Shown piece after piece: positions 26,095-38,500 of a stretch of DNA of 64,000 nt. Made by a program: the position numbers and the translations under genes. The notes under the pieces were generated by a model, which saw only the letters and a program-made list of their open reading frames with translations, was not told where the DNA came from and ran no database searches. The stretch is from Stegostoma tigrinum (lineage: Eukaryota). Numbering within the stretch: position 1 is the stretch's first letter; the number at the start of each line of letters is the position of its first letter. Location: positions 29,943,951-30,007,950 of the forward strand of contig NC_081380.1 in NCBI RefSeq assembly GCF_030684315.1, given 5' to 3'.

Positions 26095-27552
26095 ACAATG
26101 ATTGTCTGGGAAGCTAGGGAGGAGGTGGTGGAGCCTTTGCCCTGCATCTTGGAGTCCTCATTGTCTACAGGTTTAGTACCAGAGGAGTGGAGGATGGCAA
26201 ATGTTGTGCCCTTGTTCAAGAAGGGCAGTAGGAATGACCCAGGCCATTATAGACCTGTGAGCCTTACGTCTGTTGTAGGAAAAATTTTGGAAAGGATTAT
26301 AAGAGATAGGATTTATAATCATCTAGCAAGCAACAATGTGATTGGAGATAGTCAACATGGATTTGTAAAGGGCAGGTCGTGTCTCACAAACTTCATTGAG
26401 TTTTTTGAGAAGGTGACCAAGCATGTGGATGAGGGTCGGGCAGTTGGCGTGGTATACATGGACTTCAGTAAAGCCTTTGATAAGTTTTCCCCATGGTAGG
26501 CTATTGGAGAGAATACAGAGGCACGGGATTGAGGGAGATATAGCAGTCTGGATTAGAACCTGGCTTTCAGTAAGAAGGCAACGAGTGGTGGTTGATGGAA
26601 AATGTTCAGCCTGGAGTCCGATTACTAGTGGTGTGTCTCAAGGATCTGTTTTGAGACCAGTAAGTTTGCAGATGACACTAAATTCGGTGGAGTGGTGGAC
26701 ATTGTGGAAGAATGTTGCAGGGAGACTTGGATAAACTGCAGAATTGGGCCGAAAGGTGGCAAATGGAGATTAATACGGATAAATGTAAGGTGATTCACTT
26801 TGGGAGGACTAATAGGAAGGCAGAACACCAGGTCAATGGAAAGATTCTTGGTAGTGTAGATGAGCAGAGGGATCTTGGTGTCCATGTACATAGATTCCTG
26901 AAAATTGCCACCCAGGTTAATAGTGCTGTTCAGAAGTCTGATGGTGTTTTAGGTTGCACTGGAAGAGGGATTGAGTTCCGGAGACGTGATGTCATGTTGC
27001 AACTCTACAAAACACTAGTGCGGCCTCACTTTGAATATTGCATGGTCGCTCCATTACAGGAAGGATGTGGAATCATTGGAACAGGTGCAAAGGAGATTTA
27101 CCAGGATGTTGCCTGGTCTGGAGCGAAGGTCTTGTGAAGAAAGGCTGAGGAACTTGGGTCTGTTCTCATTGGAGAGAAGGAGGCTAAGAGGGGATTTAAT
27201 AGAGACATACAAGATGATCAGGGGATTAGATAGGGTGGACAGTAAGAGTCTTTTTCTGAGGATGATGACTTCAGCTTGTACAAGGGGGCACAGCTACACA
27301 TTATGGGGTGATGGATTTAAGACAGATGTCAGAGGCAGGTTCTTTACTCAGAGAGTGGTAAGGGTGTGGAATGCCCTGCCTGCCAATGTAGTTAACTCAG
27401 CCACATGAGGGGCATTTAAACAGCCCTTGGATAAGCATATGAATGCTGATGGGATAGTGTAGGGGAATGGGCTCAGATTAGAATACAGGTCAGCGCAACA
27501 TGGAGGGCCGAACGGCCTGTTCTGCGCTGTGTTTTTCTATGTTCTATGTTCT
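26095..27552 (+). mobile_element. 5'-truncated CR1 LINE (RT region) in methyltransferase intron 2
   Basis: [28 protein letters not shown] fragments; frameshifts and an internal deletion near 26658; ttctatgttctatgtt tail. Confidence 0.93.
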
Positions 27553-28994
27553 GTAACTTCACTTAATATGTTCAGCAAACAAATTTATTTGAAGTTACTG
27601 CGTATAACTTATTGTCTTACCCAGACTTTCATAATTGACATTGTAAGTTGCCTATTTAACTGAATTTATCCCTTAAAAATCTGTAATCTCACAGAGAAAG
27701 GCTGCATTTACATATCACCTTTTAGGTATAGGTTATCTCAAAGCAACAAATCATATTTACAAGGAGATTTGTTTTTTGGAACACAAGAATAAAAGAAATG
27801 GAAGCAACAGTGGGCCATTCCATCCCTCGAGTCTGCTCTGCCATTAAATGAGATTATGTGTCCTTTAATGCAATTAATGCACAGAAATATACTGATTCCA
27901 GTATTGAACAAGCTCAGTTACTGAGCCTTTACAACCTTTCGGGGAAGAGAATTCCGAAGACTCACCACCGTCTAACTGAAGGGGAGCAGAGGCACCAGAC
28001 CTTCAAAATATTTGGTACTGCGTTACATGTTAATCGACCACATGGTCTAGATGTTTCCCACATTTACAGCAGACATTCTTGCACAAATATGGCAACAGAT
28101 GCAAATCACCGCTTGCTTTTGGGAACACCACAGATGCTGTCTTGGAGTTCTAGAGGCAATTGTAGCCCCCAGTTCTCATCCATTCATTAACAGATACAGG
28201 TGAGGAAATTAGAAGGAAAACACAAAGATTTGACTATACAGAATATATAAAGCAAAAGGATCAAATGTAAGGAAAGCCTTAGGCTTATCCACTGCAATTT
28301 GATATTTACATTTTGTCCCTTATAATATTCCTTTTTCATCCCTGTCCTTCACAGTCTCTAATTGTTTCTGTCCTATGTAATAGATACAAATCCTCACTCA
28401 TTCATTAGGTTTTACAGACTTATCCATTTCCAATATTACATGCTCTCTTTTTTTTTGACTGGGGCCTTCATTTTCCTGCCCTCATGCTCCACCTTCAGTT
28501 GCACAAACCCCAATCACCTAAGCTCCAAACTCCAGAATTCTCTTTGTACAAAGCTTCTGTATTGATACCTTAAAATATGCAACTTTTTTGTTGCAATCCC
28601 TTGTTCACCTCTCCTAGCTCTTCAACTATCACTTGGCCTTTGCAAGCACCTTGTGACAAGATGAAAATGCAAATTGCCATAATTATGTTCAGTAATAATA
28701 TCTACGAATTATGCTGAGCTAAGTTTATTTAATGCTTAGTTTTTTTTTCAAAGCAACGTTATTGAAAACTTCCTTTTTTCTTTTAAACTGAATTAAATGC
28801 CGAACAAATGGTAAGGTCGTTCTGAAATCAGCTTGAAATTTTAAAGCAAATAATGCGATGCAGGAAAAAAACAAAGTTGTCAGTAAGTGACCTCTGATTG
28901 TTTTAGTTTGTAGTTTAAAAAATGAAGTGGCAGGTAAAAGCCCCTCCACCTCAATCATAATTCTAACCACTCTGCAAAAAAAAAGTGGACATAC

Positions 28995-29099
28995 CAAAAT
29001 CTCTGAATACCGCATTTCTGGTGGATAAATATTATTTGTATCAAATGATATCAGGTCTACTCCTTGGCTCTGAAGAAGATACTCCCAGTATCCGGTTCC
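28995..29099 (-). CDS. Uncharacterised SAM-dependent methyltransferase-like protein, exon 2
   Basis: attttag|GGA...TTG|gtatgt; 105 bp; GTGYWEYLLQSQGVDLISFDTNNIYPPEMRYSEIL. Confidence 0.85.
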
Positions 29100-30089
29100 C
29101 TAAAATATAAAGGACAAGATTAAACATGGCAAGTTAGAAGTGATCAATTCTTCAATGATTTGATGTTCATCTTTTCAGTCACCTTTAAAGTGCATGTTCT
29201 TTTTTTCTTAGAATTATTCCAGTATCTTGAATGCAGACATCATTCCTCGCAATTTATTTCAACAGTTAAACACCCTCTGTCATGAAATGTTTCCTGACAT
29301 CTATCTAACACTTGCCTCTTATAAATCTGACTCTGCATCCTCCTAATCTGGTGCCCTGCCTTGATAGTACTATCTGGATTTATTTTTGCAATTCCATACA
29401 TACAGAAAATTCCCATGGGACTTCACTTCTCAAGGCTGAAGAGCTCAAGGTTATCAAGTTGTCCTCCATAATATTATGAATGTGCTTCTTTGCTCAGCTC
29501 AGCACTGGATGGAGTCCCAATCTCACAGTAATGAAAAACACATGTAGTAATTCAGATACAACTTGTGCTTAGAATTCTGGACAACCCCTGAGTGTGTTTT
29601 GGAGATCTGAACTCAGCTGACATTTAAAATATAACTCAGTTTTCTACTTATGAAAGTGCTCTGCCTCACACTCTTCAGATATCTTAATCAACTACCCAGG
29701 CACCTCTTGACAGGCTTCATTCAACACAGGATGTATTAGGCTGCATTTTTAATTCCAAACAAAATAGCTTTTTGCCGATTTGCATTTCATTGGGAATTAT
29801 CACTCTATATGTAAACTCTATTGAGTTCTTCGCAAATTTTTGGCTTCTTCCTTGAAGTCATACATACAACTTATCCAACCACAAATCTACCTCCCCACAA
29901 CTTAGATCATTTATACAAACACGAAGATTAAAACAGCAGCCCTCAGGGAAACCTGTTCTGTACAATCCAAATTCATAACCTATCTTGAATTTGAAGAGTC
30001 TCTCATGTGGTACATTATTATTTGCAAGTTTTGTCATACTATATTGTATAATTTTCTCCTAATCTTAGATATTAGATATATTACATAAT

Positions 30090-30590
30090 ATTAGAGGTTG
30101 TATTGGAGGCATTTCAGAGGAGTTCAGTCGATTGATTTCAGAGATGAGGGGTTTGTCTTATGAAGGGAGGTTGAGCTGTTCAAACTTTTATTCTCCAGAG
30201 TTTGGAAGAATGAGAGATCTAACTGAGGTATATAAGATATAAAGGAGACTGACAATGTAGAGGTAGAAAGGATGATTCCTGATGTAGGGAAATCTAAAAT
30301 GAGAGGTCATCTTTTAGGAGAAGAGTGCAAACAGATGGGAAGAAATCATTTCTCTCAAATGGTCATGAATCTGGAATTCACAACCCAAGACTGTGAGGGA
30401 TGCCAGGTCACTGAATAAATTTAAGGAGCACATGGACAGATTTTTAATTAGTAACAAGTTGATAGGTAATGGGGAGCAGGCAGGAAAGTGAAGTTGAGGT
30501 GAAGATGAGATCAGCCACGATCTTATCAAATGGCGGAGGAGACTTGAGGGACTGAATGGCCTTTTCCTGCTTCTAGTTCTTATGAACTTC
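30090..30590 (+). mobile_element. Old CR1 3' fragment in methyltransferase intron 1
   Basis: LEAFQRSxxRLI...YEGRL remnant and tgaatggccttttcctgcttcta 3' end. Confidence 0.65.
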
Positions 30591-31139
30591 TCAAACTATC
30601 CATCACATTGGTGAGAAAAGACTAAGAGGAGATGGACTTAAGGTTTTTAAAATTTTAAACAGCTTGGATGTACTGAATGTGAGAAAAATGTCTCTTCTAA
30701 CTGGAGAGTCAGTGACAATCAGAACAAAATTGTCACTTCTCAGAGAGGGCAGTAGATGAAATATCTTTACACAGACGGTTAAAGCATCAAAGAATTTATC
30801 TTATGCAGTGATTGAGACAGACACCATTGCCTCGTGGCATTAGCTGCAGCAAGAGGATAGTCGAGTAACTGACGACTATAGATTGTAAAATTTGTTAGGA
30901 CTAAGTATGGGATTGTGAGAACGTAACTTTTTTTGTCAGTCACTTGTACTGCACTGTTTCTAGGCGTGCAGCTTCTTTAACACGTGTTCTAACTCGAGCT
31001 TGTCCACAGTTAATAAATTTATTTCTAGTTCAGTGTTGAAAATAAGCTAAAGTGGCAGGGAGGGTGAGCACAACAGAGATCAGTCTCTGCAGTAAAGGCC
31101 AGTCTACCAACACGAGGAACAAATCATTTCAGTACTTAC

Positions 31140-31439
31140 AGCACCAGCTGAAACTACAGGCTGATTTAAACCTGCAATAAACTTAATTGCTTCTAGATTT
31201 GGAATAGAAAAAGAAAATAAAATTTGCAGTTTTTGGCAACTCAATTCATCAACATTCCTCAGTAGATGAACCAGCTCTCCTCTTCGCCCATGTTGCAACT
31301 CAGGATCACAAAATCTGTGAACGTCTGCTGGAAACTGCTCCATTTTAATGCAGTACATTTTGTAATACAGGTTCTTCCCGCCCCACTTTCTCTGTTCGAC
31401 TGTTTGCCATTGCATTTCATCGCCATCATCTGACTCCAT
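31140..31439 (-). CDS. Uncharacterised SAM-dependent methyltransferase-like protein, exon 1
   Basis: gtaATGG Kozak; 100 codons, MESDDGDEMQW...FSFSIPNLEAIKFIAGLNQPVVSAGA|gtaagt; joins exon 2 in frame to make the GAGTG motif I. Confidence 0.82.
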
Positions 31440-31640
31440 TACCGGTTCCCAAACTGTAAACAGTCCCTTCTTCTGACGAAGTAGGAAGTGAGCACACGAC
31501 GTGACAGAAACCACCGGCATTGCAGCCCCTCCCGGAGGCAGGATAAGTCATTTCAGGCGAAGTGCACGCAAAATGTTTCTTGCAAATCTCAAGATTTGCT
31601 GAACGACTGAAGTAATAAATCACGAAGCGGCTTTTTTTAC
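31440..31640 (-). promoter_or_regulatory. CpG-enriched, housekeeping-like promoter / 5' UTR of the methyltransferase gene
   Basis: Local CpG cluster in a CpG-poor window; ETS-like AGGAAGTG near 31483 and CRE/ATF-like GACGTGAC near 31498, directly upstream of the ATG. Confidence 0.55.
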
Positions 31641-33541
31641 AAAAAATTACGCACTGGTTAGATTCATAAATTATTTTTATGTTACAATAATGATGTGAAG
31701 GATGAAATTTATGATAGCAAAAAGTGAAGCTCATTGCTACTTCGTTTACTTGATAGAAATTCTATTTTACCTTTAGAGGTCCCTTAAAAAGTATGACTTT
31801 ACACAAATAAACGAGCTTCAATTCAAATAATTAAAGTGCGTTTAGGTTTTGAAACTGAGTTGAATACAAGTAGATTGTAAATATATGCATCACTGAATAG
31901 TTTGCAGTGTGTGCTCTAACGTTAGGCAGTTGAAATGATGGCAAAGATTAAATAGCTTGAAGAGTTAGGTGAGGCAATTGTTTACTGTAAAATAAAACCC
32001 CCATTAATGCTCAAGACCTTTCAAAATCCCAGGTTTCCCTGAATATTGTGAAAGTGATGCAATGCAAGTACAAAAAAACAAATTGTAACTTCGGACAAAA
32101 AACTTTGACCCACACCGAAGTCTTTGGAGATATAGGAGGTTGAGAGGCAACCTTACAGAAGTTTATAAAATAATGAGGAGTATAGAAAGAGTTAATGGTA
32201 GTTGCCTTTTCCCTAGGATGGAGAATTCAAGAATATTGGGGCTATTTTTTAAAAGTTGAGAGGAGACAATTTTAAAAAAAAGACGAGGAACACATTTTTT
32301 ACACAGAGTGTGGTTCATGTTGGAAGACATTTAGACATTTAGATAAGCACGTGAATAGGAAAGGTTTGGAAGGATATGGACCAGGAGCAGGCAGATGGGA
32401 CTGGTTTAGCTTGGGGTTACATTCAGCACAGACTGGTTGGACTAAATGGTCTGCTTCCATGCCCAATCACCCTGTGGCAGGAACATAAAAAAAACAAATA
32501 CAAAGATTGGAGAGATAAAATGACCTGTAAATAGTCTTATGAGGAATGATACAAGTCATGTGATATGCACAGGAGACAAAACAGTTGTGTAAAAAAGAGG
32601 AAGCAAAAAGATACAAAATATGCTGAAAATCTGGTAGACAGCAGAAAATGGTGAACTGCTCAATGTTTTACTTCCTAACAGAGCGTGGTTATTATGTGCA
32701 AAGGGAGCTTCTTTGAGAGTCTCTCAGGTTTGAAGTAGCTGTTCTCAAATTTTCTTAAAAAAAAGTTCCTTGTTTATAAACAGATCTTGTTCCTGAGTGA
32801 GTTCGCAAGTCAGTTTGTATGTGAGTCAGAACATGATGCAGGACAATATAATGCCAGCCATTTGTAAGTATTGGAAATGTTCATGTGTGAGATGTTTAAA
32901 GTTCTACCTCTGTATGGGATCGCATTCATAATTTGGACATTTGTAAATCAGGGAACCTTCAGTAGCCTAAACCTGTTCAGTAAAACGTATTGACAAAAGT
33001 GAGAAGCTAGCTCCAGGAAAACGCAATCATCTTTTTCTTTTTATTGTGCTGTCTTCAGCTGGGTCTGCAATGTTATCAATGCTGCCAAACATGTATGCCA
33101 TATTTTCATGCTCCACTGCAAAATCCCACAACATCTCGACAACCTTTGCTGCCCCAGCTGATAGTGGGTTTCAATTCAATAAAAATTTGCAATTAAAGGC
33201 CTAATGATGAACATGAAACCCTAACTGATTGTCAGAAAAACCCACCTCGTTCACCCATTTCTTAAAAGCATGGTAATTGTCACCCACAACAATGTAGTTG
33301 TCTTTAACTGCCCTCTGGCAATTAGGGATGGGCAAAAATACTGGCCTCACCAGTGACACCCACATCCTGTGAATAAATTTTTAAAAAGCCACTGAAACAG
33401 ACAGGTGAATGGCCGTTTCAGGGTGGTCAGAATGAAATTTTTTTTCCTCAGTTTTAATGCAGTTTGTCCACTTGCTTGATCCACACCTTAAAGATTCTGG
33501 AGGTAATCTCATTAGCCTCATACTGTGCAGGTAATTTTTTT

Positions 33542-33890
33542 TATTCATTCACAGGATGAGGGCATTGCTGGCTAGGCAGCATTTATTGCCCATCCCTAAT
33601 TGCCCAGAGGGCAGTTAAGATTTATCCACATTGCTGTGTGTCTGGAGTCACATGTAGGCCAGACCAGGTAAGGATGGCAGTTTCCTTCCCGAAAGGGCAT
33701 TAGTGAACCAGGTGGATTTTTCCCCCTGACAGTTGGTTCATGGCCATCATTAGATTTCTAATTCCAGATGATTATTGAATTAAAATTCCACCATCTACTG
33801 TGGCAGGATTTGAACCCACATCCCCAGAACATTATCTGGGTCTTTGGATCAACAGTCCAGCAATAACACCACTAGACCAATGCCTCCCCT
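33542..33890 (-). mobile_element. tRNA-derived SINE with LINE-like tail (second copy at about 62298-62652)
   Basis: Minus strand: A box TGGTCTAGTGG, B box GGTTCAAATCC, tail gggcaataaatgct...tgaatgaat; closely similar copy at 62298-62652. Confidence 0.75.
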
Positions 33891-35544
33891 TTTGTTAACT
33901 GTCACAAAGAAAGTGACTTCTTGGAAAGCTTTTCAATGCTGTCCATGTTGGCAAATTCTTTGTTCACTATCCACCATTGCACATTTCATCTATTAAACAT
34001 TAATAAGTGATCTGGTAAAAAGTGTTAAAACAATCCAGTGATGTATTCTGAAAAGATACTGCAAACGGTGGCAATTACTGCTTCAAACAAGATAATAGGC
34101 TTTCCTATTCTCCAATGTTTAAGGGGAAGCAGCGTTTGAAGAGACTGTTTGTTTGCCAATTCGTAACTTGAATTACATATTTAGAACTTGTATGGTTTTG
34201 GTAGTTACAAAGGCTTCTTAAGTATCATAAAGTTACAGTAATCGATATGGTTGCATAACTTCAAGTTTCTGGTTACTGCATTATAAAGCTGAACACAGTG
34301 TACATGCCTTAGCACTGGGTCTCCTTATCTTGCAAATGGAATCCTTGTCAGTACATATTCCACAGCGGTGACATGTTTCATATTTTACGTACCAGCCCAT
34401 CCCAACCAGGCCAATCATCTTAGCCCCAAGTTAAATGATCCTTTTGACTCTACGATGTCAATGGGAACCCTCCTCCCTTGGTGTTGCAGAGATATTTTCC
34501 CCAACCTGTCCATCACTATAGCTCTTCACTAGAACACATTGATTCCTAGAAATTGTGGGAACTACAATTAGGACAGTCCTTTTTGTGTTTACTGTAGCTA
34601 GTCTGGTCCCAATATTAAATGAATCAATTGTGATATACACTTTCCAGTTTTCCCATCCCTTGTCTGTGGCTTTAGCTATGCAGCACATATTTATTTGACA
34701 TTTAATTTTTATATCTATACTTTCTACTACAAGAATCCAGTTTTGCCCTTGATCATACTAACACCATTGGGAATTCTCATGCCTTGCTCTGCATTCTAGT
34801 GGCCAATCAGTAGGTTGGATTCAATAGTTCCAATGTTTTTCCCCCCTATCTTTGTAATATTATGATGTCCCTGACAATTCCTGCCTATTTATCTGCTCCC
34901 CTTCAGATGTTGCCCTTGTAGCTGCTTGCAGCAACCCACAACAGTAGCGAGTTCCACAGTCACTGACAGGTCTAACCCAAACTATCAACTGTACCACCAC
35001 CGGTACTTGGGAAGCGATTCGAATTCAGAAGTGAAAATCAATGTGAATACCCCAGTCCCAAATCATCTGATGTCACTGTTCATTCTTCAGGTCAGCTTCC
35101 ACATCCTGTCCGAGTTGTTTGATCCCCTGTGCGATTCACTGATCCTGCTTCATTGGTGCCCAGCCCTCTCTCTTCACCTTCCAATGATGCTCCCGCAGTT
35201 TTGGGATTCGCTTCCTCTCTGGGATCATGTACTTCAGGACACCCTCAGATAGAGCATTGGCTATGTTCATTGGCTCTCTATAGTGAGGCAGATGTTACAT
35301 ATCACCAACTGTCCAATTGTTCTTGGAGCCTGAGGAGTGAAAGCACAACCACAAGTTACTCATTGGGCTGTGGATATTACTGGAAAAATAAATAAAGTTG
35401 TTGTAATGCCAGAGGACTCCTGTAATTAGAGAGAGAGATGACCAGTATTGGTTTAACCTGAGAGTTACTTTCCATCAGGTAATAGGAAACATGCGAAGAG
35501 GGAACTTCCACAGTAATCTCAGTGGGAATTGAACCCGCACTTTT

Positions 35545-38500
35545 AGAACATAGAATCTAGAACATTACAGCACAGTACAGGCCCTTCGGCCCTCGACGTT
35601 GTGCCGACCTGTCATACCGATCTCAAGCCCATCTAACCTACACTATTCCATGTACGTCCATATGCTTATCCAATGACGACTTAAATGTACCTAAAGTTCG
35701 CAAATCTACTACCGTTGCAGGCAAAGCGTTCCATTCCCTTACTACTCTCTGAGTAAAGAAACTACCTCTGACATCTGTCCTATATCTTTCACCCCTCAAT
35801 TTAAAGCTATGCCCCCTCGTGCCCGCTGCCACCATCCAAGGAAAAAGGCTCTCCCTATCCACCCTATCTAACCCTCTGATTATTTTATATGTCTCAATTA
35901 AGTCACCTCTCAACCTTCTTCCCTCGAATGAAAACAGCCTCAAGTCCCTCAGCCTTTCCTCGTAAGACGTTCCCTCCATAACAGGCAACATCCTAGTAAA
36001 TCTCCTCTGTACCCTTTCAAAAGCTTCCACATCCTTCTTATAATGTGGTGACCAGAACTGTACACAATACTCCAAGAGCGGCCGCACCAGAGTTTTGTAC
36101 AGATGCAGCGTAACCTCTTGGTTCCGGAACTCGATCCCTCTATTAATAAAAGCTGTATGCCTTCTTAACAGCCCTGTCAACCTGGGTGGCAACTTTCAAG
36201 GACCTGTGTACATGGACACCGAGATCTCTCTGCTCATCTACACTACCAAGAATCTTACCATTAGCCCAGTACTTTGCCTTCCGGTTACTCCTACCAAAGT
36301 GCATCACCTCACACTTGTCTGCATTAAACTCCATTTGCCATCTCTCAGCCTAGCTCTGCAGCTTATCTATGTCTCTCTGCAACCTACAGCATCCTTCATC
36401 ACTATCCACAACTCCACCGACCTTAGTGTTGTCTGCAAACTTACTAACCCATCCTTCTACGCCCTCATCCAGGTCATTTATAAAAATGACAAACAGCAGT
36501 GGACCCAACACCGACCATTGCGGTACACCACTAGTAACTGGTCTCCAGGATGAACATTTCCCAAAAACTACCACCCTCTGTCTTCTTTCAGCAAGCCAAT
36601 TTCCAATCCAAACTGCTATATCTCCCACAATTCCATTCCTCCGCATCTTGTACAATAGCCTACTGTGGGGAACCTTAGCGAACGCCTTGCTGAAATCCAT
36701 ATACACCACATCAACTGTTTTACTCTCATCTACCTGTTTGGTCACCTTCTCAAAGAACTCAATAAGGTTTGTGAGGCACGAGCTTCCCTTCACAAAACCG
36801 TGCTGACCATCCCTAATATTTTATTCTTTTCTAGATGATTATAAATCCTATCCCTTATAACCTTTTCCAACACTTTACCAACAACTGAGGTAAGGCTCAC
36901 TGGTCTGTAATTACCAGGGTTGTCTCTACTCCCCTTCTTGAACAGGGGAACCACATTTGCTATCCTCCAGTCATCTGGCACTATTCCTGTAGACAATGAC
37001 GAGTTAAAGATCAATGCCAAAGGCTCAGCAATCTCCTCCCTGGCTTCCCAGAGGATCCTAGGATAAATCCCATCCGGCCCAGGGGACTTATCTATCTTCA
37101 CCCTCTGTAGGATTTCTAATACCTCTTCCTTGTGAACCTCAATCCCACCTAGTCTAGTAGCCTGTATCTCAGTATTCTCCTCGACAACATTGTTGTTTTC
37201 TAGAGTGAATACTGTTGAAAAATATTCATTTAGTGCTTCCCCTATCTCCTCTGACTCCACACACAACTTCCCACTACTACCCTTGATTGGCCCTAATCTT
37301 ACTTTTGTCATTCTTTTATTCCTTAAATACCTATGGAAAGCCTTAGGGTTTACCCTGATCCTATCTGCCAACAACTTCTCATGTCTCCTCCTGGCTCTTC
37401 TGAGCTGTATCTTTAGGTCTTTCCTGGCTACCTCATAGCCCTCAAGCACCCTAACTGAGCCGTCACATCTCATCCTAACATAAGCCTTCTTCTTCCTCTT
37501 GACCAGAGATTCCACCTCCTTCGTAAACCATGGCTCCCGCACTCTACAGCTTCCTCCCTGCCTGACAGCTACATACTTATCTAGGACACACAGGAGCTTT
37601 TCCTTGAATAAGCTCCACATTTCTAATGTGCCCATCCCCTTCAGTTTCCTTCCCCATACTATGCTCCCTAAATCTTGCCTAATCTCATTGTAATTGCCTT
37701 TCCCCCAGCTATAACTCTTGCCCAGTGGTATACACCTATCCCTTTCCATCACTAAAGTAAACATAACAGAATTGTGATTGCTATCACCAAAGTGCTCACC
37801 TACTTCCAAATCTAACACCTGGCCAGGCTCATTACCCAGTACCAAATCTAATGTGGCTTTGCCCCTTGTTGGCCAATCTACATTCTGTGTCAGGAGGCCC
37901 TCCTGCACACTCTGGACAAAAACTGACCCATCTATAGTACTCAAACTATAGAGTTCCCAATCAATATTTGGAAAGTTGAAGTCCCCCATGCCAACTATCC
38001 TGTCTCTACCACTCCTATCGAGAATCATCTTTGCTATCCTTTCCTCTACATCTCTGGAACTATTCGGAGGCCTATAGAAAACTCGCAACAGGGTGACCTC
38101 TCCTTTCCTGTTTCTAACCTCAGCCCATACTACCTCAGTTGACGAGTCCCCAAACATCCTTTCTGCAACTGTAATACTGTCCTTGACCAACAATGCCACA
38201 CCTCCCCCCCACCTTTTACCATCTTTTCTGTTCTTATTGAAACATCTAAATCCCGGAACATGCAACAACCATTCCTGTCCCTGCTCTATCCATGTCTCCG
38301 AAATGGCCACAACATCGAAGTCCCAGGTACTAACCCATGCTGCAAGTTCACCCACCTTATTCCGGACACTCCTGGCATTGAAGTAGACACACTTCAAACC
38401 AACCTCTTGCTTGCCAGTGCCATCTTACGTCCCTGAAACTTTATTTCAGACCACCCTACTCTCAACCTGTTCTCTACTCAAACTACAATTTTGGTTCCCA

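Noticed and set aside
31440-31520. Longer N-terminus (MPVVSVTSCAH...) and read-through C-terminus (VSTEMICSSCW) of ORF 31104-31520
   Set aside because: The upstream part lies in the motif-rich promoter, and the ATG at 31439 has the better Kozak context. The ORF's tail runs past a consensus donor at 31139. An upstream start is not strictly excluded.
34380-35400. Possible decayed LTR-retrotransposon gag/protease remnant
   Set aside because: Only vague hints and no unambiguous motif; it needs a profile search.
36095-38386. Plus-strand ORFs overlapping CR1 ORF2 (also the minus-strand ORFs at 51550-52016)
   Set aside because: Antisense shadow frames of LINE coding sequence.
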